This document shows, piece by piece, positions 44,731-57,000 of a DNA stretch of 64,000 nucleotides. The stretch covers positions 22,630,001 to 22,694,000 of the forward strand of contig NC_088806.1 of NCBI RefSeq assembly GCF_011386835.1, read 5' to 3'. Numbering within the stretch: the first letter of the stretch is position 1; every line of letters begins with the position of its first letter. A program made the translations under genes and the position numbers. The notes under the pieces are model-generated. The model was given only the letters and a program-made list of their open reading frames with translations, had not been told where the DNA came from and searched no databases. This stretch comes from Chrysemys picta bellii. Lineage: Eukaryota.

Positions 44731-46688
44731 CGCCATTTAATCTTTTGAGTTAAGTGGGATCAGCCCTCCTTTAAAGTTCAGAGATGGTCTTTTAGACTTA
44801 ACTGATGGACTGGATTTAGATGTTCTCCATCCTTTTTAGATCCCTTTCTAGGAAGCAGGTAATAAAACCTCCAACCAGCATATGGCGACAGAAACCTGAA
44901 CTAAACCGGGACATCAACTCCCTCTATAATGGGAGCTGTACTGATGATTTTCCTGACGTTCTGCCAGGCTTGCTTCTGAATCTGAAATTTCCTCTGGTTG
45001 GATGTAGAGCTGTTCTCTTGCTGCTGGGAAGTTAAAGCATCTTCTGCAACGTGCTGTGTATGAGACAGTGCCCTGGTGCCTGTAGTGGTGGTGGGGTCTG
45101 GGTGGGAGGGGGGTGATGTTTGCGTAGTAAGAAAGCTGCTGTAGTTCAGTGATAAATGTGTTTTCTGCTTGCCAAACTAAGTTTTATTTTCACTCAGTCA
45201 CACGTAGGGCTATGGTTCTTATCCTAGATGGAGAGTCCTGCTCCATCCCAGGGGACGTTAATTGCCTCTTCTCTGCTGTGAACACTAGTGTCACACCGTG
45301 TTCTGCACTGTAGTAGTGAGGATGTGCGGCTTACTCTGCCTCTGTACATGAGAGGTCCCTGCTGTGGACTGGAATGACAGTCTCCTCCCTCAGACTGAAG
45401 CCAAGTCCTATTAAAGGCAGCTGCTTTGTTACATCACGCGTAGGGATAGCGGTGTGCTTTGGGCCTCGTGTAGCAAACGAACATGGACGCTACTTCGGTG
45501 GCTAGCCTGCTCTGCTTCTACCCCATTGAGAGGGATCCAGGTGTGCCGTGGCAATGCACAATCATTTGAAAACAGGTGAGGCTCCCTTTGGAAGACAGTC
45601 CGGGTAACAGATGGTATCTGTGTGGCTGAGCCTAACCCAGCTGCATCCTGACCCACTCTCCCCTTTGCCTCATCTCAAAACAGCCATCCTGAAATCCCTT
45701 TGTGCTTGAATACTTCTCTTGGTTGTAGTATGTGTTGGTGTTAAGAAGCCCAGTGGGTGAACACATCTCTGCATTAGGTGAGTGGTGAAACAGGATCAGT
45801 GAAGGACCTGAGGAGATTGCCTAAAGATGGAAATCCCCCTCTCCCCTCCCCGGAATATTTTCAGACAGCATCTGCTTGTCACTGTGAGAGGGATTAGTCA
45901 GAAAAGGTGCATGAGCCAAAATGTTTCCTTTTGCTAACTTTTCCTCACCTGCGTGTCCCCCATCATAGGACTAGGCTTGAGAGTCACCCCTCCCCACATT
46001 TTTACCTTCTCTGATTAGATCATTCAACCTGCTTTCTATTATGTCCTGTGTTTGGGGTGATGATACCTGCCCCATCTGTAATGATTGGCTCTTGAGAGGA
46101 CAGACATGAAATTCAGACTACAGAAAAGAAAAAGACAACTGTTTAATAAGAGGAGCGGGGAACTATTGTGGCTTTCGCAGCCCAGCCCATGCTGAGTTGT
46201 TTTATCCTGTGCTTTGGGTGTCCCCCGCTCTTCCAAGCAGATTCTCACTGTGGGGAGTGGTGCATAGGTACTGAACCAAGCAGTGCAACTTGTAATTTAG
46301 CCTCTGCAGTGTTTACATGTTTCTTAATTCATCATCTTTTCAATGGCTGTATTTTAAAATTTGTTTTTTGTCTCTTGGATTAAAAGGGCCATTCTAGGCT
46401 TTTAAATGCTGTGCATTTGTTTCTCCGACTTGTTTTACGTTGCAGTTCTGAACTATCCTACCTATCCTCAGGCCAGGCATTCAGCAGGCACCTGAGGGAG
46501 GACGAACCCAGCCTGTTCTCTCACTGTGCTGCCTCTAAAGGTGTGGAGCAGAAGTGCTTCTTACTGAGAAAAGTTAATTGGCCCCACTTTATCCCATGTA
46601 AAGTGCACCTAGAGCCGTGCTGATGGGTGACTTTTACAGCTATTCGATCCCAGTGGGTTGTTTTTTCTCCTTTTACCAGGACTTAAAG

Positions 46689-46896
46689 CAGTGGGTCTCA
46701 AACTTTTTTACTGGTGACCCCTTTCATATCGCAAGCCCCCCTCCCCCAATAAATTAAACACACTTTAATATATTTAACAGCATTATAAATACTGTAGGCA
46801 AGCGAGGTTTGGGGTGGAGGTTGACAGCTCATGACCCCCCATGTAATGATCTCACGACCCCCTGAGGGGTCCCGACCCCTAGTTTGAAAAACCCTG
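46689..46896. mobile_element. hAT-Charlie-type MITE (208 bp)
   Basis: Ends cagtgggtctcaaa and tttgaaaaaccctg; flanks acttaaag / acctagag (6/8). Confidence 0.7.
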
Positions 46897-47258
46897 ACCT
46901 AGAGCAAGCTCAGTAAGTGAACTGCCCCCGATCACTAGCCCAGCACAAGGATTAAACCACAGCCCACATCATTAGGCCCTAAAGGCTACAGTATTAAAAA
47001 CTTGAAATCCGGTCTTAAACTCTCCAGGCAGCCTGCTTTGCTGAATGTGTATACTTGCTCTTGAGAGATCTCTGTACCTCTGCAGCACAGAAGGGTTTGC
47101 ACTGAAGAGTGGAAGGAGCCTTGTGTGTCTTGGCACCACCTATCGTAAATGGAATCAGGAAGGCAAGCTCTTTTCTTGTTCTCTCTGTAGTAAAGAGGGG
47201 CTGCAAACCCTTCCCCATCCCTGAAAAATCAAGTATGTATCACTGACTTTAAAAAAGC

Positions 47259-47264
47259 TTTATT
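47259..47264 (-). terminator. THYN1 polyA signal
   Basis: Minus-strand AATAAA about 170 nt after the THYN1 stop. Confidence 0.6.
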
Positions 47265-47432
47265 TAAAAATAAGCACGGTGCACCAAAATAACAGTGAAT
47301 ATATACACCTCCTCTTGGTCCGCTTGCAGCGTCTTCCCTGGGGTTGGGTTTGAGAATATAAATTTGGAAGGGAGGGTCCTGGCTGGAGGAGGGGAATTTT
47401 CAGCCTTGACGGGTCCTGCTGCTGCAGTCTGT

Positions 47433-50400
47433 CTAACTTGGTTTTTCTTCAAGGCTCAAGACAAATTCAAATTCCTCTGAGTGAAGGGGCAGGAAAAGAG
47501 AGTCAGAAGCGGAACACACTAGTGTCCTAAGCAAGGGGTTCTCCTTAGCAGGAATCTTGTCAAGACCTCCCTAGGAGGGGGAAGGTTCTTACCATCTGTC
47601 AGGGGCTGGACAGAGAGCCTCTGCCTGGTGAAGAGTGTCATGTCCTTCAGCGGGCCTCCCGAAGCTCTGTGTGCCTGGTGTTGAGCCTTCAGCTCGGACA
47701 GGGGGATGAAGCGCTTAGTCATCCGCACAAATTGGACGTCCACCTGGTGAGTGGGGAGACATGGGCAGTGAGGGAGCACAGTTGTTAGAGATAGACAAGA
47801 ACTACTGACATTAGAGAAGTGGTTCTCAACTAGGGGTGCGCAGAGGTCTTCCAGGGGGTACAGCAACTCATCTAGATATTTGCCTAGTTTTACAACAGGC
47901 TACACAAAATGCACTAGTGAAGTCAGTACAAATGAAAATGTCATACAATGACTTGTTTATACTGCTCTATATACTACACACTGAAATGTAAGTACAATAT
48001 TTATATTCCAATTGATTTATTTTATAATTAGATGGTAAAAAATGAGGAAGTCGGCAATTTTTCAGTCATAATGTGCTGTGATGCTTTTGTATTTTTAGGT
48101 CTGATTTTGTAAGCAAGTAGTTTTTAAGTGAGGTGAAACTTGGGGATTAGGAAGACAAATCAGACTCCTGAAAGGGGTACACTAGTCTGGAAAGGTTGAG
48201 AGCCACTGCATTAGAGCAAGGAGTCCATTTCCTTGTTGGGGAACAAGACCTTTATTAGGGATGTAGGGCTAATGTCTAATACTACCCTACAGCTGTGTTC
48301 TTGTGCTTTAAGAATGAACACTGCCTAGTGTAGACTCAGCTTGGGACTTAAAGGTGTGCAGAGTAATCTTCCTCCCCTGGCCACTGAGCTCTGCACTACA
48401 GAGGGGTTAGAGGTTCTGTTTTCAGGCAGCAGGGTTTCCAAGTGAGGTGGTAAGAACTTAAGGGTATATGGATCTCCGCCTTCTCCAGGATGGGGGCCAA
48501 GGTAGAGCAAAGGAACAGGGAAACAACTGGAATGAATTCCCTCTTATGACAGAGGTGGTGTAGGTTCAAACAGGGGCTTTGATAACCCAGGGAGGCCATC
48601 AGATTCTCTCCCTTCCTCTGCCCACCACATCAATGTTCAGAACTGGCTGTGTGTGTAACTTAATACGTTACCATCGACCACTTGGGGTTCTCCTTGGTAC
48701 TGGAGGAATCGTAGTGAGGGTCCTTCTTGTCAAATTGAGTGTGGTCTGGGTAAGCCTCCTTCACAATCTAAAATAAAAAGGGAAGCAGAGCAGAGACTCC
48801 TGAGTAAGATTAGAGTTGTTGACACCTCCTGACCCACCATAAATGAGAGGAAGGGCATATCAAAAGCAACACCTTTAGCACGCCTTTCACTACTAGGCTT
48901 TACAAATATTAAGTAGCTATCTAGGCACCCTCCGAGCTTGGTAAGGTATATGCAGTTTCCAAATGGGTAAACTGAGTCAGGGGTTTAAGGAACTTGCCTA
49001 AGGTTGCAGTCAGAACTGTGCATAGAATTCAAGGCCCTAACTAATAGCAGCCAAAAGTGCACGTCTCGGGGGATAAAGTCATTGAGTGTTGAAGCAGGGC
49101 ATCTGATAGAATGAATGCTCAGGGACTGGAGTTCCTGCACTCTGCCTATACCTCTCATGATCAGCCAGCTAAGTATTCCTAGCAGCAGAAGATATGAGGT
49201 GTCCACCAAAAGATCTTGATGAGGAGTAATGGGGCAATACTGCTGCAGAGTTAGCCAGTTGCTCCCTGGATATGACCATAGGAGCTCCATTCTAATAGGA
49301 TGAGCTTCTTTACAATCTCTGCCCAAAGCATTTTAAAAAACACTGAGAGCAACAATGCGCCAGTGCACCGCAATGGTGGGCAAGAGATTGGGATACCCAT
49401 GTACTCTTAAAACCTTGCATGCTCACAGAGGTCAGCTGCTTCAAGTCTAATCCGAAAGACTGCCTACACAGACAATTGTGTGGAACTCAATGAGCCAGAT
49501 TCTATTCAGACACTGGTGTAAATCTGGCATAATTTTATTGCCTTGTCTGGAAACACTCCAGCATGAAAGCAGTGAGATTGCATAAATTGGTTATGTTTCT
49601 ATTGGGGACGGGTGAAGGGGGGAGTCAGCACTGCTGGTCTGTGAATCCGTGATTGTAGGCTCTTCACAACTAATGATTAGGCTACTCTTGCATTTCTCGG
49701 GGGTTGAGGTAGGAGCAGGGCTAATTTTACTTCTGTTTCCAATAGACCAGCAGTGAAGTATTTCACTGTTGCAAGGATTAGCAAGAGGCTCTCACCTTGA
49801 TAATTCCAGCAATCCCAGGCTCTTTGCAGTTACTGTGATAGAAAAATGCTTCTTGCCCAAGTTTCATGTCTCTCATGAAATTCCGTGCCTGTCAGATGAT
49901 TAAAGAAGAGACCACTGAACTGAATTAAGCTATGAGGAGGGCCTGCAATATCCCCTCTAGGAAGGTTTCAAAAGGCTGTCCCCAGTAGCTGCTTAATGAA
50001 ACAGGAAGAATGGAAGTGCAGAGGCCACTGGTGCTTCAGACCTGCTCGTACAAACATTCCTACAAATGTCAAGATTTTTTTTTCCACTCTAAGTTCAAGT
50101 AAGAAAAACAGACTAAAGACCTAGGGTCTTAGTAGCTATAAAGTCTATTGGAATTCAGCAGCTCTGCCATCCTCATTCAGCAACTGCAGGAGTCTGAAGT
50201 TCCCTGTTACAGAACAAGCAGCAAACCTGATTTTGTTTATACAGAGACAAAATTGTGCTTAGATTTCCCACTGTACCAGTGTGCCGAAACAGAAAACTAC
50301 ATAGACAAGAAGCTGGAGTCACGTTAGCTGGGGCTTTGCAGAAAAAAAATGAAGAGGAAAGGAAAAGACAAGAAATGAGGGTTGATGTTTGCTTTGAACC

Positions 50401-52737
50401 TGCATATTTCTTTCTGAAACCAGACAGAAAAATCAGGTGACTTTCCAGAGGACTGGCCTGTCTGAATATGTCTGGGGAGATTATTTTTTTGTTAAGCCAT
50501 AGATAATTAGCCACATATGCTCTTACCAAAGTGCAGCAAGTAGGAACAATTGGCTTAGTGTACGCAGAGGAAGAATTTGGGCACAGGAACAGGCAGGGTG
50601 GACACGTCCTCTATTTTGCCTGCAGTTTGGCATTTATGAAGAGAGCTCATTTTTGTTTTCTTATTGTTTTCAATAGTGATATTTCAGCAATGCTGTATTT
50701 GCAATCCGGGCCTTCAGTCACTGCTCCTTACCTGGTAATTCCTGACTCCATCCCAGCATGCTGTCTGATTGGGTTGAGCCTTTAAGTCTTCAATGCCGAA
50801 CTGCCCAATCAAATTAAAAACAGGAGGTTAGACTTGGATTGTAATTTGGATTTAATGGCCAGAGGCCTTTCTTATTGTCTATGTACATTCATGTGTTTCT
50901 AGGGCATCTCTCATCATACTGTCTGGTTTACAAAGCTTTTGGTCCCTGCTTGGTTTAAAGTAAAGAAAGTTAAGCTGTAGAGGGAATGCTTTGGCAGTCT
51001 AAGGACCAGGTCTGAAATAGAAAGACTCCCTGCTGCCGCGGATTAAAAATCCTAGCAGGGTCAATTCAATCATTCGTGGTCACAAAGTGCATACACTGAG
51101 TTCCACACACAGTGCCTGGTGTGGCTTTCTTACAGGATCTCTCTGGGCCTGGAGGAGAATGAAATCTGTGTGCGCATGCTCCCAGAAAGAGAAGGGTATT
51201 TGAGAAGAGGGTGACTCTTCATTATGAAAGAAAGAAATAATGTAATTTTGATATTAAACAGAACCTGTAGCTAAAAATAAAAGTTTCCATTCCTCCTCAT
51301 CTTTGAGCACATGTGCTGGGACGGTGACAGTAAGGAAGATCCAGGGCTTACTTTCACATCCACTCCCTTCTCGAACCTGCTCTCCGGCTCTGATTTCATC
51401 AGCCAGTGGCTGTACTCTTGCTTGCTTCCCTGCACGCTAGGGCAGGCCTCCTTGGTAGCCTTTCCTGTGCTGCTCCCCATGGGCTTTGAATTCCTCTCCT
51501 TAGCTGCAGACATCATGGATTCTTCTTCCTCCTCCTGAATCTTACTTTTGGCGAATTTAGTAGCAGGCCCCTCTTTATCTTTAAACAAACACAACGTGAG
51601 TGGAGAAATCAGAACACATTGTTTCCTAATTTGCCAATTGCTGTAAACACCTGATTTGCATCTCAGCGGGCTTGATATGGGACAACATTTGGCTAGAAAA
51701 GGAGTTTTTGATGGATCCCAGCCCCTAGCTTAGGCAGTTGACATCACTTACAAAGATTTCCAGCATATCTGGAATGTGTTCCAAGGTTAAAAAAAAAAAA
51801 TACAGGAGTTTTTACTGTTGGTTGACAGCTGTGGTCTAGTGATTGCCAAGGTTTTGCTCGTACTTTCGTTTAAATATCGAAAAGCCACAATAGTGTATTC
51901 GCTTGACTCAGAAAACTGGCCCTAATGAAATGCAACAACTGGACTACTTTGTACCAACAGATGAGAAACTAAGTGCAGGCAGCCAAACTCTGTGAATTAG
52001 CCCAAAAGTGAACATACAAAAATTGTACATCACCGTGTACTTTATTTTTAATCTCCTGTACTCCAGCACCTAGAAGCCTCAGAGGTACAGGTTCCACTGT
52101 GCTAGATGCTAAGAGACAGTCCCTGCCTGAAAATGGTTAAAATCTTAAATAGCATGCAGCCAAGAGAGCGGGTAACAGAGGCACAGAGAGAAAAAGTGAC
52201 TTGCCCAAGTTTGCACAGGAAATCAATAGCAGAGGCGGGAATACAACTTCCCGAGTCCTATCCGCTAAGTCACATTGCCTCTAATGCAGTTGGTTAGTTA
52301 TTTGATAATACTTTTGTGTCATAGCAAGTAGTGTAATAACAATGCTACATAGTATTTTGTCTTCGAGTACCTTAACAGTGGACAATCTAAAGATGCTTTT
52401 CAAATATTAATTAATTAAATCTCCCAACCCTCTTGTGCTGTAGGGAAACATCATTGTCCCTTATTATATAGATGGAAAAACTCCTGTCAGGCCCATAGGG
52501 GTCTCCCAGACAATTTATAGAAGAGAAACACACAATCTGCAAAATCCTGGCCTATGAAAAGGTGGGCAGCTTACAGCCGAGTAAAGAGTGTATTTGTCCA
52601 TGTTTTCACTATCAACTGGAACCCACACCCAAATGTGAGAACCCAACAGCCAAAAAGCTACAGCTATTGAGCGGGTTAAGACTTCTGTACAGACCTGCCA
52701 ACGTTGCTCTGCTTCTCTTTTTGCCTGGTCGAGACAT
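47433..52737 (-). CDS. THYN1: Thymocyte nuclear protein 1 (EVE domain), 7 coding exons, 240 aa
   Basis: Exons 52695-52737, 51352-51578, 50732-50800, 49796-49888, 48672-48767, 47593-47743, 47433-47476 total 723 nt. Peptides SHWLMKSEPESRFEKGVDVK, WDGVRNYQARNF, FFYHSNCKEPGIAG, NPKWSMVDVQFVR, RQRLSVQP match THYN1. Confidence 0.97.
47817..48208. mobile_element. hAT-Charlie-type non-autonomous element (392 bp) in THYN1 intron 5
   Basis: Perfect 8-bp TSD cattagag (47809-47816, 48209-48216). Ends aagtggttctcaac and gttgagagccactg. Confidence 0.85.
52060..52290 (-). mobile_element. Ancient MIR/CORE-type SINE remnant
   Basis: gtaacagaggcacagagagaaaaagtgacttgcccaagtttgcacagg...gcagaggcgggaatacaacttcccgagtcc. 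Confidence 0.5.
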
Positions 52738-53189
52738 CTCTTGCTTCCTTGAACTAGTTTCTCTGCAAGCAGAAGCACCTGGGCGAGAATACAGGTCGGG
52801 AAGCACTTGCTGTTACCACTTATTCAGGCAAAAAGAGAGAGAAACCATTCCACTCATTTAAAGACGTAAAAATTAGCTATTATGTTAGTATTTTGCTGTG
52901 ATTTATAATATATATCAGGGAGGAAGACTCTCCAGACAGCTGCTCTTCTACTGCTTAACGTTGGACATTTGTACATATTTTGGCCTGTCAATAATCTGGG
53001 ACCCTTTGAAGATGGTTGGGGGGGGGGCACGGGGGGACAAATGTTCCCTTTGTCCCTGTCCACCTTCCCCTTTCTCCCACCCCTGCAGCGAACTGGGCGT
53101 CAGCTATGCTGTTGCTGCAGAAAGGGTATAAACATTCCCTCTTCTAGGTGCCAGCTGCGGGTGTCGTATCCTGGGAGCGCTGGAGGGTT

Positions 53190-53262
53190 CATGGGACAGA
53201 GCCTTGCAGCTCTAGGTGGCAGGTTTGAATCCTCCAGTGGTAGGTGTTGGACCATCCTGATG
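53190..53262 (+). mobile_element. Possible LF-SINE 5' fragment
   Basis: gacagagccttgcagctctaggtggcaggtttgaatcc resembles the LF-SINE head with a B box; short and diverged. Confidence 0.3.
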
Positions 53263-53399
53263 TCTGCTAAGGGGCAACTTTGCTGGTAACCACAGCAGAA
53301 CAGTCATTGCTCCCCAGCTTCCTCCCACTACCCCATATCCCCATGATGCCCAGGGCTTGCTACATCTCCCCTCCTCCCGCCATGCCAGGGCTCGCTCCC

Positions 53400-54020
53400 T
53401 CTCCATCCCCCCCCCCCCCCCCCCCGGTCGCCAGGGCTCCCCTCACCAGCTGCGGGTGCAGCAGCCCCTCTCTGCTGGGGGAGGGATGCTCCTGGCTGCA
53501 CAGCGGCTTGGGGATGGGGGAGCGGACCCAGGCTGCCTGCCTCTCAGCCTACTGAAGGTCGGCGGGCAATAAAAGTTATGCAAACGTGCAATACCTTTAA
53601 GACTGCCCCCGCCCAGCGGCCAATGCGAGAGCCTCAATGGGGTGAAAGGGGGACTACAGCTCCCAGAATTCCTCAGCCTTCCTGCGCGGTGCTTTCTGGG
53701 CGCTGTAGTCCCGCGCCCCCTCCTCAGCCGGGGATCTTTCACGGGCTGCCCTCCGCTGCGGACTACAACTCCCGCAGTGCGGCGCAGGGCAGGCGCCCCG
53801 GCACAGGAGGGCTGCTGGCATGGCTTGGCGAGGTTGCAGCACGTTAGGGGCCCAGCTGCGGAGGACCCCAAGCTGGCCCCAGCTGTTAGGGCGCAGGAGG
53901 ATCGTCTCCTGTATTGACCGTAAGGTTCAGGGCAGAGGGGCCGAGCCCCCACGGTGCGCGGGGCCAGGCGGTGCAGAAGGGTGAGGGGGCAGGATGTGGA
54001 AGCAGGGGCGCCCAGAAGCG
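53400..54020. promoter_or_regulatory. CpG-island bidirectional promoter THYN1/ACAD8
   Basis: Three ACTACA-N-TCCC/GCCC-type (ZNF143/THAP11) motifs at 53652-53672 (+), 53694-53710 (-) and 53761-53780 (+); CCAAT near 53620; CpG rich. Confidence 0.8.
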
Positions 54021-57000
54021 ATGGGGATGGGCGCATCTTAAATACAAGGGAGGTGGTGGAGGTGCTGGAGCCCATAAAACCAGCGCTGGGACTGAGCCTC
54101 CTTCCTTTGTCCATTCTGGACCAGCAGGAGTTGCTGGATGTGTTCCAAGGGGGTATGATTCTGAGTGAGAGCAATGCCATGCACTTAAGAAAGGGCACAC
54201 GTAGGCTGTACGTCAGGGAAAGTTTCCTGCCAGTGAGATCATTCCCGCTGGAGAATGGTCTCACTAGGGAAGGGGTGAAAGCCCCATGTGTTGGTGCTGT
54301 TCAAACAACGTGCACAGCCCCATGACACATTGTAGGGCCTGCAACAAAGAAGAATCTCATATCTAATTGTTGTAAGTGGGGTTTAGACTAGATGATCTTT
54401 GCAGTCCCTTCTAACCCCATGATTCTAAAAAGTGGGAATTTCACAAAGCAGAATGTAATTATGCACATTAGCCTTTAGCCAAGGCATTAGGATTCCTGTC
54501 TCTACTTTTGCAAGAAGTGCTATAGGATCTCTAGATGTGGACTACAAAAGGGGGAATATATTTTGCTTATAGCCTTGACTGATTCTTTATGATGTGTGAG
54601 GATGGTCTAAAGTTTGTTTTAATTTTTTTTCTGCTTGTGTTTTATCTTATGAAGATTAGAGTGTAAGCTCTTCAGGGCACAGACTCTTTCTATGTGTTTG
54701 TACAGCACCGAGCACAACACAGCCCTGATCCTAATTGGGGGCCTCTGAATGTGGTTACAATAGAAGATTTTAAAATGAGGAATATCAATTCTTGTCTTCC
54801 TAAATTTTGCTAGCGGATCCTCTGAAGGACCTGGGGAGTTAGTAGTTCCATTGCAGGATTTTGAAACCTGGGCTGTAGCTTTCCGATCTGTAACTGACTG
54901 GGGAAGGGGAATGGGTCTGACTTTATTTGAAATTCTTTGGGTTTGCTTTGCTTGGTTGGGTTTTGTTAACTCTGACAAAAAACAAAGAGTTCTAACCTGT
55001 ATGTGACTCCACATTGCCCTCTCCCCTCAGGGCTTGTCTGCAGGGATGTACTTATGTCACATAAAAAGAACAGGAGTACTTGTGGCACCTTAGAGACTAA
55101 AAAGAACAAGAGTACTTGTGGCACCTTAGAGACTAACAAATTTATTTGAGCATAAGCTTTCGTGGGCTACATCCCACTTCTTCGGATGCATAGAATGGAA
55201 CATATATTGAGGAGATATATATACACACACATACAGAGAGTATGAACAGGTGGGAGTTGTCTTACCAACTTACTTATGAGGCCAGTTAAGTAAGAGGAAA
55301 AAAAACTTTTGAAGTGATAATCAAGATAGCCCAGTACAGACAGGTTGATAAGAAGTGTGAGAGCACTTACATGGGGAGATAGATTCAATGTTTGTAATGG
55401 CTCAGCCATTCCCAGTCTTTATTCAAACCTAAATTGCTTGTGTCTAATTTGCATATCAATTCGAGTTCAGCAGTTTCTCGTTGGAGTCTGTTTTTGAAGC
55501 TTTTCTGTTGTAAAATAGCCACCCGCAGGTCTGTCATTGAATGACCAGACAGGTTAAAGTGTTCTCCCACTGGTTTTTGAGTATTATGATTCCTGATGTC
55601 AGATTTGTGTCCATTAATTCTTTTGCTTAGAGACTGTCCGGTTTGGCCAATGTACATGGCAGAGGGGCATTGCTGGCACATGATGGCATATATCACATTG
55701 GTAGATGTGCAGGTGAACGAGCCCCTGATGGTATGGCTGAAGTGATTAGGTCCTATGATAATGTCACTTGAATAGATATGTGGACAGAGTTGGCATCGGA
55801 CTTTGTTGCAAGGATAGGTTCCTGGGTCAGTGTTTTTGTTCAGCGATGTGTGGTTGCTGGTGAGTATTTGCTTCAGGTTGGGGGGTTGTCTGTAAGTGAG
55901 GACAGGTCTCTCTCTCCCAAGATCTGTGAGAGTGAGGGATCATCTTTCAGGATAGGTTGTAGATCTTTGATGATGCGCTGGAGAGGTTTTAGTTGGGGGC
56001 TGAAGGTGACAGCTAGTGGTATTCTGTTATTTTCTTTGTTGGGCCTGTCTTGTAGGAGGTGACTTCTGGGTACTCATCTGGCTCTGTCAATCTGTTTTTT
56101 CACTTCAGCAGGTGGGTATTGTAGTTTTAAGAATGCTTGAGAGAGACCTTGTAGGTGCTTGTCTCTGTCTGAGGGATTGGAGCAAATGCGGTTGTATCTT
56201 AGAGCTTGGCTGTAGACAATGGATCTTGTGGTGTGTCCTAGATGGAAGCTAGAGGCATGTAGGTAAGTATAGCGGTCAGTAGGTTTCCGGTATAGGGTGG
56301 TATTTATGTGACCATCGTTTATTAGCACAGTAGTGTCCAGGAAATGGACCGCTTGTGTGGATTGATCTAGACTGAGGTTAATGGTGGGATGGAAATTATT
56401 GAAATCATGGTAGAATTCCTCAAGGGCTTCCTTTCCATGGGTCCAGATGATGAAGATGTCATCAATGTAGAATTATGTCACATAGTTACACCAGTACAGG
56501 ATCTAAGGTCACATGCTTGCATATGTGTGACTTTCTCTGGTAAATTACTGGTGTATATTGCAATGATGAAGCACATGTATGCTTCAGGCTCATACTAGTG
56601 TAATACATGGGTTCATCCCCCCCACCTCTCCTTTGTAGACGAGGTTTTACATGGAAGCTGGAGTTGGGCGTTGCAGTAAGTTTTGCTCTGTTGTGAAGCT
56701 TCAACCCATCTCCAGTGAGTTCTCCAGAAAAGCAAAGAAATCAAAAAGTGATCATTCTAATGGAGAGGGAGGGGAAATACCCAGGCAAACAACAACCAAA
56801 AAACAACCTTGTAGAAAGTCACGGCTGCCTTTCTGCATCAAAAAACACCAATAAAGCCCCCCACACACACACATATACAGTTTTAGTTGTGTGTTGCAGT
56901 TCATGTTCAGTGACCACCAGAGATCAAGACCTTGGTTTTGCTTCCCCAGAAGGCAGCCCCTCTACTAGACCACTGCCTCGTAGCAGCACGCAGAGGCATT

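Noticed and set aside
53954-54325. 123-aa ORF downstream of ACAD8 exon 1
   Set aside because: Its C-terminal half resembles a decayed CR1 ORF2 end followed by the CR1 tail; the rest is CpG-island sequence.
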